Notes: generated by a model not told the origin, from the sequence alone. A stretch of DNA of 31,029 nt from Candidatus Hydrogenedentota bacterium (GCA_029974275.1 JARKSN010000254.1:1-31029), one strand, 5' to 3'; shown: positions 10,640-20,454, counted from the first letter of the stretch. Numbers and translations are program-made.

Positions 10640-11533
10640 TTATGGCTTGACGCGTGCGCGCAGACGATCGAGAACGGCGGCCTGGTCTGGATCGGGCAAA
10701 TTGATCGCGCCAAGCACGTAGCGGCCGCATTGTTCGAGCGCAAATCCTTTGTACAAGGGGTCGTTGGCCGTGACGCGGCGCCCCCAAGGCATGTGCACGG
10801 TCTTGGGCTGGGCGCCGCTGCCGATGGCGTGTTCGGCGTATGCATCGAGTGCCTGCGCCGCGGCATCGACGTCTTTTGCAATGCCCACGAACACGCGCAC
10901 GGGCGGGGCGTCGCGGGTCGCATCGACCACCAGCGCGGGCGGCAAGAACGCGAGTCCAAACGGACCTTGTGCAAAATATTTCTGCGTTTTCGGCTCGGCG
11001 TCTTCGAGCGCAATCCATTCGAGTTCCTTCGGGCGATCCTTGCCGCCGGGCAGACGGCGCGCGATCGACTGGGCCGCATCGCGAAAGAGATCCTTGTCGA
11101 GCCGGGCCGCGCCGGATACCTCGATCGCCACGAAATGGCGGCCCTGGTAAAACATCGCTTGCGAGTCGTTCACGAACCCTTCGCCGCCGATCGCGATGAG
11201 TTCGGCGTCCGCGCGGCGAAAACTCGAATAGACTCCGAAGGCGTCGAGCAGCGATCCCATGAGATACACATCGACCGTCAACGCCGTTTGTCCATCTTCC
11301 CCGATCTGGTATTGCGCCGAGGCGAGTTTCTCGAAGCCGTACGGGAAATACAATTCGGCTTCGCCGTCGATGTATTCAAAGAGGGTGTCCTTGTCATAGG
11401 TCTTGACGGCTTCCTTCATCTTCCAGCCGGCGCCGAGCGATTCGGGCAACGCCGATTCCAGCGCAAACTTCTTTTCGGCCAACGCCGCCCACGAAACAGC
11501 CCAACACAACAAAACAGAAGCGACCCAACGCAT
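10640..11533 (-). CDS. Exported protein, DUF6599-like
   Basis: Signal peptide MRWVASVLLCWAVSWAALA; LFEYIDGEAELY and AFGVYS motifs; AGGAG 6 nt before ATG 11533. Confidence 0.7.
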   Translation of the reverse strand: MRWVASVLLCWAVSWAALAEKKFALESALPESLGAGWKMKEAVKTYDKDTLFEYIDGEAELYFPYGFEKLASAQYQIGEDGQTALTVDVYLMGSLLDAFGVYSSFRRADAELIAIGGEGFVNDSQAMFYQGRHFVAIEVSGAARLDKDLFRDAAQSIARRLPGGKDRPKELEWIALEDAEPKTQKYFAQGPFGLAFLPPALVVDATRDAPPVRVFVGIAKDVDAAAQALDAYAEHAIGSGAQPKTVHMPWGRRVTANDPLYKGFALEQCGRYVLGAINLPDPDQAAVLDRLRARVKP

Positions 11534-11558
11534 CATCATCTCCTTCCCTCGGGTGTTG

Positions 11559-12731
11559 TTAGGCGAACAATGTCCGCGCGCGCGCCATCTTGGCTCCGAT
11601 ATCGAGTCCATGGGCGCAGCGCGCGACGCACTCGACACAATCTCCGCATGCAAAAGAAGACGCGTTGCGCGGGAGTTCGCAAAACGCGCTGCGAGCGAGA
11701 TCGAAGTCGCCGTAGCCCTCGGCGTACATGAGAGCGCGATTCATGTCGCTGATGGCGACGCCGCGCGGACAGCTTGGTTCGCAAACCTGGCACAACTGGC
11801 AGTGCGTCGATCGCGTCGCGCGGGCATACGCATCGAGGATTTGCTGATCGACCCGGGCGAACCGCATTCCCATGACCTCGACGTTTTCCTTCACTTGGTC
11901 GAGGTTTGTCATGCTTGGGATCGCCGCCGCGACATGGGGGTCTTGAAGGACCCATTTGAGCGCGGCCTGGTGTGGGCTGATGGGCCCGAGCGCATCGGTT
12001 TGATAGCCGCCCGCCTGCGTCTTCATGGCGATAACGCCGACGCCGGCCTTTGCCGCCCGCGCGATCGCGTCTTTCAACTCCGGCGGGGCCTTGAAGTTGT
12101 AGGCGACCAACACCACGTCGAACAGCTTCTCGGGATCCTCCAACACGGCGTTGATGACATCGACCTGCTTCGAATGAGTCGTCACGCCAAGATGCCGCAC
12201 CTTGCCCTGCTTGCGGAGTTCCTTGAGACCCTCGCGCGCGCCCTCGTTCATGACGGCCTCCCGAGAAGTGAGGTTGTGAAGTTGGAGCACATCCACATAG
12301 TCGACATTCATCTCGGACAGGCTCGTTTCCGCGCTTCTCATGACGGCGTCTTTATCGCCGAGCCTCGTTTTCGTGGCAAGATACACCTTGTCGCGACGCC
12401 CCTTGAGGGCCTCGCCTACGATCCGTTCGTTCTCGCCTCCCATGTAGGACCGGGCCGTGTCGAGGTAGTTGACCCCGGCGTCGAAGACCGCGTGCATGAC
12501 CGGCACGTCACGGGTCTGCATCGCGCCAAAACTGACGATGCTCACCTTCAATCCGGTGCGGCCCAGCGCGCGAAAAACGGGGCCGCCGGAGGCGCCCGAA
12601 TCGGCGGCGGACCCGGCGGATTCGGCGGTCTGCGCACCGGCAAACGGCGCCAGTCCGGCCACAGCGGCCCCCAGACTTCCGAGTTTCAGAAAAGATCGGC
12701 GATGGATTAGCTTTTCGGGGTGTTTTTTCAT
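11559..12731 (-). CDS. Aldo/keto reductase with twin-arginine signal and C-terminal 2x[4Fe-4S] domain
   Basis: HRRSFLK followed by a hydrophobic stretch; RALGRTGLKVS, LDTARSY, ATK, LHN; CQLCQVCEPSCP and CGDCVECVARC. Confidence 0.85.
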   Translation of the reverse strand: MKKHPEKLIHRRSFLKLGSLGAAVAGLAPFAGAQTAESAGSAADSGASGGPVFRALGRTGLKVSIVSFGAMQTRDVPVMHAVFDAGVNYLDTARSYMGGENERIVGEALKGRRDKVYLATKTRLGDKDAVMRSAETSLSEMNVDYVDVLQLHNLTSREAVMNEGAREGLKELRKQGKVRHLGVTTHSKQVDVINAVLEDPEKLFDVVLVAYNFKAPPELKDAIARAAKAGVGVIAMKTQAGGYQTDALGPISPHQAALKWVLQDPHVAAAIPSMTNLDQVKENVEVMGMRFARVDQQILDAYARATRSTHCQLCQVCEPSCPRGVAISDMNRALMYAEGYGDFDLARSAFCELPRNASSFACGDCVECVARCAHGLDIGAKMARARTLFA

Positions 12732-12798
12732 GGGAAGTCCCTCGCATGTTGTTCGGGCCATGATACCACGAAATTGCCGGAACGCATAGGCCCGCTTT

Positions 12799-14718
12799 TC
12801 AGGGAGTTTCTTCCGCCGGGTGGCGCGTCGCCTCCAGGAGGCGCAAGACTTGATGCAACGCAGCCAATCCGGCGGGTTGTTCGGGATATATCTCCAGAAA
12901 GCGTTCCAGGCAGCGAACCGCCAGTTGAAGTTCTTCGGGCGTGGGGGGGGCGCGGCGGCGGAGGGCGACGGGCGTCCATGAGGGAACGGAAGCGTCGGGC
13001 TCCCCGTTGACCAATTGTTGCGACAGTTCATAGAATACCCAAGCCAGCGTTTTGTCGAACTGCGCCGCCGCTTCGCAGGCATGGAAGGCGTCGTCGAATT
13101 TTCCCTGCCGCGCTAGCGCAACCGCCAGCCCGGCATGGACGCCAAACAGCGGCGAACCGGCGTTCGCGAGGTGGCCGTATTCCTCCGCGGCCTTGTCATG
13201 CTGTCCGACCGCCGCGAAAGACTCGCCGCGCAAACAGCGCCACGCCGTCACGTTGTCCTTCAAATCGAGCGGGACTATGGGGATGCTCAGAAGATAGATG
13301 AGAGCCGCGCCAGAGCCCGTCCAACCCAATGCGCGCCCGTAGCGGTGCGCGATAAAAGCGCTCGTGATTCGTTGGACGGCGCAGGCCCCGAAGATCAGCA
13401 GCGCCGGGATCAGCGGAACGCGATATTGCGACGTTTCAAAGAATACTACATAGGTGGCGAAATAAGTCGCCGTGAACAACAAGAGCAGCAGCGTCATGTC
13501 CCAATGCGCGGGGCGTTCGGGGAGGGACTTGATCGCGCCGGGTCTTCCGATGAAACGTTCCGCGCTCAGCAGGACGGCCCCCAATAGAAACAACGCCGCG
13601 ACCCCTCCGAAACCTCCGGGGAGACGCTGCAGCACAGGGTTGAAGCGGCGATCGCATTCGATGACGTCGTTGTGGGGAAGTTCAATGGGCCCCCAGAAAA
13701 GCAACGCCTTCTTTGCCGTGAGACGGAGCGCATCGCGGGGGTGTGTCATGACATAGTCAAGGGCCCGGCCCGCGTAGTAACGCGACCAGCCAACGTAGTT
13801 GACGGGATGCCCGACCTTCTCGCTCAGGGTCTTGAGCACCAAGGGAAAATCGTACAGGCCTTCGGGCACGTAGTCTGGCGAATCGGAAGGCTCCCACATC
13901 CATGATCCGGTCGCGTGCGGATTGTTGCCGATGAAGAGATTCATGCCGGCATAGGGAATGACCAGCACGACCTCGCGTGAAACCATGTAGTTGCGGATCG
14001 TGACGGGCGCCACGGCAAGAAATGCGCCCAGCAGAAAATATGCCGCAGAAGTCAGGGCTCGTGGCGCACACTTCCGCGCCCTGGCCGTCCGCCAAACCCA
14101 CCACGCCGCGACGGGCGTAAATGACTGCAGCACCGGCCCGGTGATGATCATCGCCCCCAGCAGCAGCCCCGCGCCCGTCACCCGGAACCGCGACGGGCGA
14201 CGTGTCCATACGTCCATGGCCATCAGGAACAAAAGCGTCAACGTGATCAAGAGGACGACAGCATGCAACTTGGCCTCGTTGTAAATGAAGACCCAATATC
14301 CAGCCATCAACGCTGCCGCGATGAGCGCCGCGCCCCGCCCATACACGCGGCGCGTCAGGAGATGCGCGAGGAAGGCGTTCAAAAGCCCGAGCGCCATTTG
14401 GACGGCATACGCCGCAAGATAGCCGCCCCCGGTAAGCGCATACACGCCTGCCAAAAAAAACGGATATCCCGGCGGTCGTAGATACGGCGCGTCCAACGGC
14501 ACGCCGCTTCCGTTGGGCTGCGGCAGGTAGTCGGTGTTTTCGCCGAGAAGGGCGCGCGCCCAATCGTCGTGATACTTGGCGTCCCCCCGCGGCGACGCAA
14601 AGGTCGGATCGCTGCGATACTCGTGCAGATAAGCCGCGCGCAAGGCAAGCCCCGCAAGAAGCACCGCCGCGAGCGCAACGGCTTCCCATGCCGGAAAAGG
14701 AAAACGTGTGCGGATCAT
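12799..14718 (-). CDS. GT-C (GT39/ArnT-like) membrane glycosyltransferase with TPR-like C terminus
   Basis: DAKYHDDWA, RPPGYPFFLA, APVTIRNY, NLFIGNNP, RVPLIP; helical TPR-like tail; ATGA overlap with upstream paralogue. Confidence 0.8.
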   Translation of the reverse strand: MIRTRFPFPAWEAVALAAVLLAGLALRAAYLHEYRSDPTFASPRGDAKYHDDWARALLGENTDYLPQPNGSGVPLDAPYLRPPGYPFFLAGVYALTGGGYLAAYAVQMALGLLNAFLAHLLTRRVYGRGAALIAAALMAGYWVFIYNEAKLHAVVLLITLTLLFLMAMDVWTRRPSRFRVTGAGLLLGAMIITGPVLQSFTPVAAWWVWRTARARKCAPRALTSAAYFLLGAFLAVAPVTIRNYMVSREVVLVIPYAGMNLFIGNNPHATGSWMWEPSDSPDYVPEGLYDFPLVLKTLSEKVGHPVNYVGWSRYYAGRALDYVMTHPRDALRLTAKKALLFWGPIELPHNDVIECDRRFNPVLQRLPGGFGGVAALFLLGAVLLSAERFIGRPGAIKSLPERPAHWDMTLLLLLFTATYFATYVVFFETSQYRVPLIPALLIFGACAVQRITSAFIAHRYGRALGWTGSGAALIYLLSIPIVPLDLKDNVTAWRCLRGESFAAVGQHDKAAEEYGHLANAGSPLFGVHAGLAVALARQGKFDDAFHACEAAAQFDKTLAWVFYELSQQLVNGEPDASVPSWTPVALRRRAPPTPEELQLAVRCLERFLEIYPEQPAGLAALHQVLRLLEATRHPAEETP

Positions 14719-16781
14719 GGGGCGTCCTCGGAAGAAGGCTGCCGGCCCGGCAGCGCGGCCAGCGCTTCTTGAGCGAAACGGTTTTCCGGATCCAAATCAA
14801 GCGCCTTGCGAAAGGTTTGTTCGGCGCCGGCGACATCTCCCCCAGCGGCCAGCGCTTTTCCCAAGGCAAGATAGCCGGCCGGAACGCGGGGCTCGAGTTC
14901 CGTGAAACGCCGGTGGCACTGGAGAGCCAACTCGCGCAGGGCCGCGCGATCCACCTTCCATCGGTCCGGATGCCGCCGCGCATTCTCGCGGGATTGCGGC
15001 GAGGACTCCCGAGCAAGCGCCTCGCCGAGTTCGTAGTACGCCCAGGTCCACGCAGGATTCGTCTGGATGGCGGATTCGCATTCGCGCAAGGCCTCCTCGT
15101 GCATGCCGTGCAAGGCCAAGCGTTTTGCCATGGCGACATAGTCGCCATACTCGTGGACTATTCCCCGGGAGGCGCGCTGACGCTCGGCCATGGCCTTGTC
15201 GTATTGGCCCGCGCCAAGGTATTGATCGAGACGCGCCAGAAAACGAACATAGTGCCACAGGCGCTGCTCGAACGCGAGGTCATAGGGAACGATCTGAAAC
15301 GCGCACGCCGCATACAACACGCAGCCGGCGCCCGCCGTTGCCGCCGCACGCCGATAACGACGGCTCCTGACGAACAGCATCCCGCGCCAGAGAGCATACG
15401 CCCCGAACATCATCAAAAACGGCAACAGCGGCGATCGAAACTGCGACACCACGAAAAAAGGGATATAGGAGCAGGAATAGGTCAACACAAAAAGACCCAC
15501 AAATCCGAGCAAGGCGGCGCGCGCTTGATCGGGCGGATTTTTCGCGCGAAGCCGGAAGCCTCCGCGCTGCGCGACAAAGGCCAAACCGAGTAAAAACGCC
15601 GCAAGAATCATGGAGAAATTCATGGGAATCGCGCGCAAGACTTTCGAATATTCGCGGTCATAGTGGACCGAGGCGTAATTGTGCGTGAGTTCGATCGGCC
15701 CCCAGAACATCAACGCTTTCTTGACGGTGATTTTGGCGGTTGCCCACGGATGCGAAACCATGTAAGCAAGCGCCTTCTTCGCCAGATACCGATTGCCGGA
15801 GGCGTATGTCCATGGCTTGCCCATTTGCTCGCCGAAACGATGCACGATTTCGTCGAAAGCATACATGCTCTCCGGCTCGCCCAGCGCATCGGGCATCATG
15901 AACAGCCCCGTCGCCTTGGGATTGTTGCCGATATACAGGTTGAGACCGCCCCACGTGCTGACCAGCGTGAACTCGTGCGACGCGACGTAGTTGCGGACCG
16001 TGACCGGAGCCACCCCGGCAATGGTTCCCGCTGCAAGCAGCGCCGGCGCCAGCAACGCACGTCGTCCCAATCCGCGCCGCCAACCCACGTACGCCATCCA
16101 TGACGCCGCGACGGGCGCGAAGGTCACCACGACGCTTTGCGTTAGCACGACCAGCGCCAAGACAAGCCCTGCCCCGAACGCACGAACCCACGTATCGCGC
16201 GTCAGCCACCACCGCATGGCATGCATCAAGAGCAACAACAAAAAAACAAGCAAGACGACCGCGTGCAACTCGCACTCGTAATAGATCAAACCCCAGTACG
16301 TCGCCATCACGATCGCCGTGATGGCGCCCGGGCCGCGCCCAAACAGGGCGCGCGCCAGTAAAAACGCCAACACGCAATTGACAAGTCCAAGCGCCATCTG
16401 CGCGGCGTACGCGTGCCACAACACCGGCCCCGTCAACGCATACGTTGCCGCCAAAAAGAAGATAATCCCCGGCGGATGCAGATACGGCGCATCGGCGGGC
16501 TGTCCCGGTCCGTGCCCGTTGGGATTTTCGGAATCGTACAACCCAAGCATCGCGCGCGCCGCATCATCATGAAACGCCGGGTCCGGCTTAATCGCAACGT
16601 AGTCGATATACGGCCCCTGGCTGAATTCATGCAAGTACGCGATCCGCAGCGCCGCGCCCACGAACAACGCAAGCGACAGCGCCGCCCACTCCCATGTCCG
16701 CATGCGAGAACGCTCTTCCCTTCTCACGATCTCCGGATCATGCGAAGCGGATACGATGTCGTTTTCCGGAGCCCCCATCAT
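14715..16781 (-). CDS. GT-C (GT39/ArnT-like) membrane glycosyltransferase with TPR C terminus (start uncertain)
   Basis: DPAFHDDAA, HPPGIIFFLA, APVTVRNY, NLYIGNNP, FRSPLLP; TPR GYLALGKALAAGGDVAGAEQTFRKALDLDP. Confidence 0.8.
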   Translation of the reverse strand: MMGAPENDIVSASHDPEIVRREERSRMRTWEWAALSLALFVGAALRIAYLHEFSQGPYIDYVAIKPDPAFHDDAARAMLGLYDSENPNGHGPGQPADAPYLHPPGIIFFLAATYALTGPVLWHAYAAQMALGLVNCVLAFLLARALFGRGPGAITAIVMATYWGLIYYECELHAVVLLVFLLLLLMHAMRWWLTRDTWVRAFGAGLVLALVVLTQSVVVTFAPVAASWMAYVGWRRGLGRRALLAPALLAAGTIAGVAPVTVRNYVASHEFTLVSTWGGLNLYIGNNPKATGLFMMPDALGEPESMYAFDEIVHRFGEQMGKPWTYASGNRYLAKKALAYMVSHPWATAKITVKKALMFWGPIELTHNYASVHYDREYSKVLRAIPMNFSMILAAFLLGLAFVAQRGGFRLRAKNPPDQARAALLGFVGLFVLTYSCSYIPFFVVSQFRSPLLPFLMMFGAYALWRGMLFVRSRRYRRAAATAGAGCVLYAACAFQIVPYDLAFEQRLWHYVRFLARLDQYLGAGQYDKAMAERQRASRGIVHEYGDYVAMAKRLALHGMHEEALRECESAIQTNPAWTWAYYELGEALARESSPQSRENARRHPDRWKVDRAALRELALQCHRRFTELEPRVPAGYLALGKALAAGGDVAGAEQTFRKALDLDPENRFAQEALAALPGRQPSSEDAP

Positions 16782-17074
16782 GGACCCTGATTCTCCGATT
16801 CATCTTTCGCGCTGCCGACCGCGGTCGCGCTCGCCCGGATAGTGAACCATACTTGAGGCCCCCTATGCACGTATTGGATTTTCTCCGCCCTCCACAATTT
16901 TCTTGTGGTGCGGCTTTCGATGACGATCGTGAAATCTCAGGAATATCCACAGTCTTGATATATGAGTTTAATATTATGTTTACTTTTACTGATGTTTTAG
17001 ATGTAGTGCACTTTATGTAATGGGTTATCCAATGATGAAGAAGTGCTATACATGTAATAGAAGGAGGAAAATCC

Positions 17075-18076
17075 ATGTCGCGAAAATTGGTCATGCTGTT
17101 TGATGGCACATGGAACGACGAAGACGATCAGACGAACGTCTTCCGGCTTAAAGAGTGTTTGAATTCGGTAGGCCCAGGTGACATCAACCAGCCTTGTTAT
17201 TACGATACAGGCGTTGGAACCGATTGGATGCGTCGATGGCGAGGGGGGGCGTTTGGGTTAGGTCTGTCGAAAAACATACGGGATGGATACGCATGGTTGT
17301 CGGAAAAGCACATAGAAGGTGACGAGCTATACTTCTTCGGATTCAGCCGGGGCGCTTACACGGCGCGGAGTCTTGTAGGCCTTATTCGAAAGTGCGGAGT
17401 GCTGCAGAACCCTGTGGATCAACTCGTCCGGCAAGCCTATGACATCTACCGTGTCAAAACTCCCGATGTGGATAACCCAGAGGCGGTGGCTTTCCGCAAG
17501 ACTTTTTCCCGCGAAGTACTCGTCAAATTTATTGGAGTATGGGACACGGTTGGCGCCCTGGGCGTTCCAGCGTCCAATGTTCCGTTCAGCAGAGACAAAT
17601 ACAAATGGCACGATACCGAACTGAGCAAGATTGTGGAGAACGCTTACCACGCGATGGCGATCGACGAACGTCGCAAGGACTATGATGTTACCGTGTGGAC
17701 GAAAAGCAAACCGCAGAACAAGAACGTAGAGCAGCGTTGGTTTATCGGTGCGCACGCCAATGTTGGCGGCGGTTTCAGGGACGCTCGTCTTGCCAGCATC
17801 CCCCTGGCGTGGATTCAGGGTCGTGCCGCGGCATGCGGCCTGCAGTTCCGAACAATGATCACGCCTTCTTCCGATGCTGCAACGCTAGGGGAAATACATA
17901 AGTCTTACGAAAGTTTTATGTTTAAAATTTACAAGCGTTTCCGGCGCCCATATACACGGCCATTCGGAAGAGGCGTGAACGAAACGGTCGATCCTTCTGT
18001 ATGGGCAAGATGGAACGCAGACACCCACTATCGTCCCCTGGCCTTGGTGAATTATCCGGACAGGCCTTGCTCTTAA
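17075..18076 (+). CDS. DUF2235 (Tle1-like) alpha/beta hydrolase
   Basis: FDGTWN, YYDTGVGT, GFSRGAYTARS (GxSxG), GVWDTVGALG, AIDERR, WFIGAHANVGGG; AAGGAGG RBS. Confidence 0.9.
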   Translation: MSRKLVMLFDGTWNDEDDQTNVFRLKECLNSVGPGDINQPCYYDTGVGTDWMRRWRGGAFGLGLSKNIRDGYAWLSEKHIEGDELYFFGFSRGAYTARSLVGLIRKCGVLQNPVDQLVRQAYDIYRVKTPDVDNPEAVAFRKTFSREVLVKFIGVWDTVGALGVPASNVPFSRDKYKWHDTELSKIVENAYHAMAIDERRKDYDVTVWTKSKPQNKNVEQRWFIGAHANVGGGFRDARLASIPLAWIQGRAAACGLQFRTMITPSSDAATLGEIHKSYESFMFKIYKRFRRPYTRPFGRGVNETVDPSVWARWNADTHYRPLALVNYPDRPCS

Positions 18077-18128
18077 TCGGGAAAATGCCGCACCATTTCC
18101 GGCAGACGAGTTTGTCCCCGCGCGCTTC

Positions 18129-18157
18129 TTGGGACGCACGGGGAAGATGTGTATAAT
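18129..18157 (+). promoter_or_regulatory. sigma70 promoter of trpB2
   Basis: TTGGGA(18129-18134)-17 nt-TATAAT(18152-18157). Confidence 0.6.
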
Positions 18158-18285
18158 GTTTCCTGTCCGAGGGCGGACCTTTGGCTCGCGCATGGTTGTC
18201 GCAACGTCCGTCTTGCGATGCGCGGGGGACAGACCGGGTGTCCGGGGTGGCGGTTGGGATATTAAACAAAGGGGGTTTTTCTGCA

Positions 18286-19644
18286 ATGGAGCAATACAGT
18301 TTCCTGCTCGACCCGGCCAAGATGCCGGATGCGTGGTACAACATCAATGCGGACTTGCAGCCGCCGCTGGCTCCTCCGCTGCACCCGGCTACGTTCAAGC
18401 CCATCGTGCCGGAGGACATGACGCCGATTTTTCCGATGAGCCTCATCGAGCAGGAGATGTCGGCGCAGCCGATGATCTCGATCCCCGGCGAGTTGATGGA
18501 CCTTTATCGGTTGTGGCGCCCGACGCCGTTGCGGCGCGCGTATCGTCTCGAAAAAGCGCTGGGCACCCCGGCGAAGATTTTCTATAAAAACGAGAGCGTA
18601 TGCCCCGGCGGCAGTCACAAAATCAACACCGCCGTGGCGCAGGCGTATTACAATAAAGAAGCCGGCATCAAGGAAATCACGACCGAGACCGGCGCGGGCC
18701 AATGGGGCTCGGCGCTGTCCATCGCATGCGGCATGTTCGGCATGAAGTGCACCGTGTACATGGTGCGCGTCAGCTACGAGCAGAAGCCGTATCGCCGCAC
18801 GCTGATGCAGACCTACGGCAGTTCGGTCATCCCCAGCCCGAGCGACACGACCCAAGCGGGCCGCAGTTTCCTCGAACACGACCCGAACACAACCGGCAGC
18901 CTTGGCATGGCCATCTCCGAGGCCATCGAAGCCGCCGTCACCAGCGGCGGCAAAGCCAAATACGCCCTTGGCAGTGTGCTCAACCACGTACTGCTGCACC
19001 AGACCGTAATCGGCCAGGAAGCCAAGCTGCAAATGGAAATGGCCGGCGAATACCCGGACATCGTCATCGGTTGCTGCGGCGGCGGTTCGAACCTTGGCGG
19101 CGTGTCGTTCCCCTTCATGCAAGATAAGCTGCGCAAGGGAACGAAGGTTGACTTTGTGGCCGTCGAACCGGCTTCGTGTCCGACCCTTACGCGCGGTCTC
19201 TACGCGTATGACTACGGCGACACCGGCAAAATGACGCCGCTGCTTCTTCAATACACCTTGGGGCACAATTTCGTGCCTGCCGGCATCCACGCCGGCGGTT
19301 TGCGCTACCATGGCGTTGCGGCCCAAATCGCGCACCTGGTCAAAAATGGCAATATGCGCGCCATCGCCTACCACCAAAACCCCGTGTTCGAGGCGTCCCT
19401 GATGTTCGCCCGCGCCGAAGGCATCGTGCCTGCGCCCGAGTCCGGTCACGCGATCCGCGCCGCAGTCGACGAAGCATTAAAGTGCAAGGAATCCGGCGAG
19501 AAGAAGTCCATCCTTTTCAACCTGAGCGGTCACGGCAATTTCGATATGACCGCCTACGAAAACTACATCAGCGGCAAGCTTGTCGATCACGAGCTCGAAG
19601 AGGACCGCTTGCGCGAAGCCGAGGCGGCCATCCCGAAAATCTAG
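18286..19644 (+). CDS. trpB2: TrpB-like PLP enzyme (tryptophan synthase beta chain type 2)
   Basis: WYNINADL, WRPTPLRRA, PLP motif GSHKINTA, TETGAGQWG, GGGSN, HAGGLRYHG, NLSGHG. Confidence 0.93.
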   Translation: MEQYSFLLDPAKMPDAWYNINADLQPPLAPPLHPATFKPIVPEDMTPIFPMSLIEQEMSAQPMISIPGELMDLYRLWRPTPLRRAYRLEKALGTPAKIFYKNESVCPGGSHKINTAVAQAYYNKEAGIKEITTETGAGQWGSALSIACGMFGMKCTVYMVRVSYEQKPYRRTLMQTYGSSVIPSPSDTTQAGRSFLEHDPNTTGSLGMAISEAIEAAVTSGGKAKYALGSVLNHVLLHQTVIGQEAKLQMEMAGEYPDIVIGCCGGGSNLGGVSFPFMQDKLRKGTKVDFVAVEPASCPTLTRGLYAYDYGDTGKMTPLLLQYTLGHNFVPAGIHAGGLRYHGVAAQIAHLVKNGNMRAIAYHQNPVFEASLMFARAEGIVPAPESGHAIRAAVDEALKCKESGEKKSILFNLSGHGNFDMTAYENYISGKLVDHELEEDRLREAEAAIPKI

Positions 19645-19688
19645 CGGACACTGATCGCCGCTGTGCGTGCGTTGTCATGCAAGACAAA

Positions 19689-19721
19689 CCGGCGCCCGGA
19701 AGGATTTCCTCCGGGCGCCGG
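19689..19721. terminator. GC-rich hairpin between convergent genes, probable terminator
   Basis: Perfect 12-bp inverted repeat CCGGCGCCCGGA/TCCGGGCGCCGG; only weak U tracts. Confidence 0.6.
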
Positions 19722-19744
19722 CGTTCCATACGTCCACGAAACAA

Positions 19745-19954
19745 TTATGGGACGGGCGCGTCCGCCTTGTAGAGCAGCGTGTAAATGAGATCGCCCGATC
19801 CGGCGCGTCCGCCGTTCTCGTGACTCAATGCCGTCTGCAGCCCCACGACCTGAATCGCATTTCCCTGACGCAAAATCCATGCGTTCACGTCGGCATCCAA
19901 ATCAAGGGTCTTGTCCTCATATCCCTTAAAAGTTTTCACGAATATCAAGGCCAT
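19745..19954 (-). CDS. Small hypothetical protein (69 aa), possibly Cse60/DUF2758-like
   Basis: MALIFVKTFKGYEDKTLDLDADVNAWI...LIYTLLY; GAGGGG upstream; converges on the hairpin. Confidence 0.6.
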   Translation of the reverse strand: MALIFVKTFKGYEDKTLDLDADVNAWILRQGNAIQVVGLQTALSHENGGRAGSGDLIYTLLYKADAPVP

Positions 19955-20277
19955 TCCGCTCGTTCCCCTCATCATTGCCGTTGCGCCTCATTCCTGCCAA
20001 GACCCATTGCGGGCTGTTTCGGCGGAACTGATTGTACGCAAAAGATCAAAAAAATCACAATGGCGCTGAATCCGGGGCCATCAAAAACCGGGTTGACTAG
20101 GTTTCTTTCGTCCACACAGTGGCGTGTTTTTCGGCTTGCATGCCGTTGGAAACCGGGGGGGAGATAGACCCAAAATATCCAACAGCGCCCGACTCGACAA
20201 CATTCTGGCTTGACAGATTCCGCATGGGCCGCAAACTTCTCGCAAAATAGATGCAAGGACTTCCGTCTTGGGCCAAT

Positions 20278-20304
20278 TTATCACTCGGCAGGACCAAGCG
20301 CTAG
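20278..20304. promoter_or_regulatory. Second, degenerate CIRCE-like site
   Basis: TTATCACTC-N9-AAGCGCTAG versus consensus TTAGCACTC-N9-GAGTGCTAA (1+3 mismatches, correct spacing). Confidence 0.5.
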
Positions 20305-20454
20305 CAATTTGTCATTTTGGCAAAATATAGTGCCGGTATTTGGAAAATAGGTCTGTTTCCGTGCCAATTGGGCAGGGTCTTGAGGAGGAGCGGTCTCGGC
20401 TTTGTTTCGTTTGTGCGCGCTAATCATTTTATTTACAATATTTTATGCGTCATG

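Noticed and set aside
16940..17480. oriC or dif-like signals (ATATCCACA, TGTGGATAA, TTATGTTTACT) near the AT-rich tract
   Set aside because: The only perfect DnaA box lies inside a CDS, there is no box cluster, and the XerC arm of dif is missing
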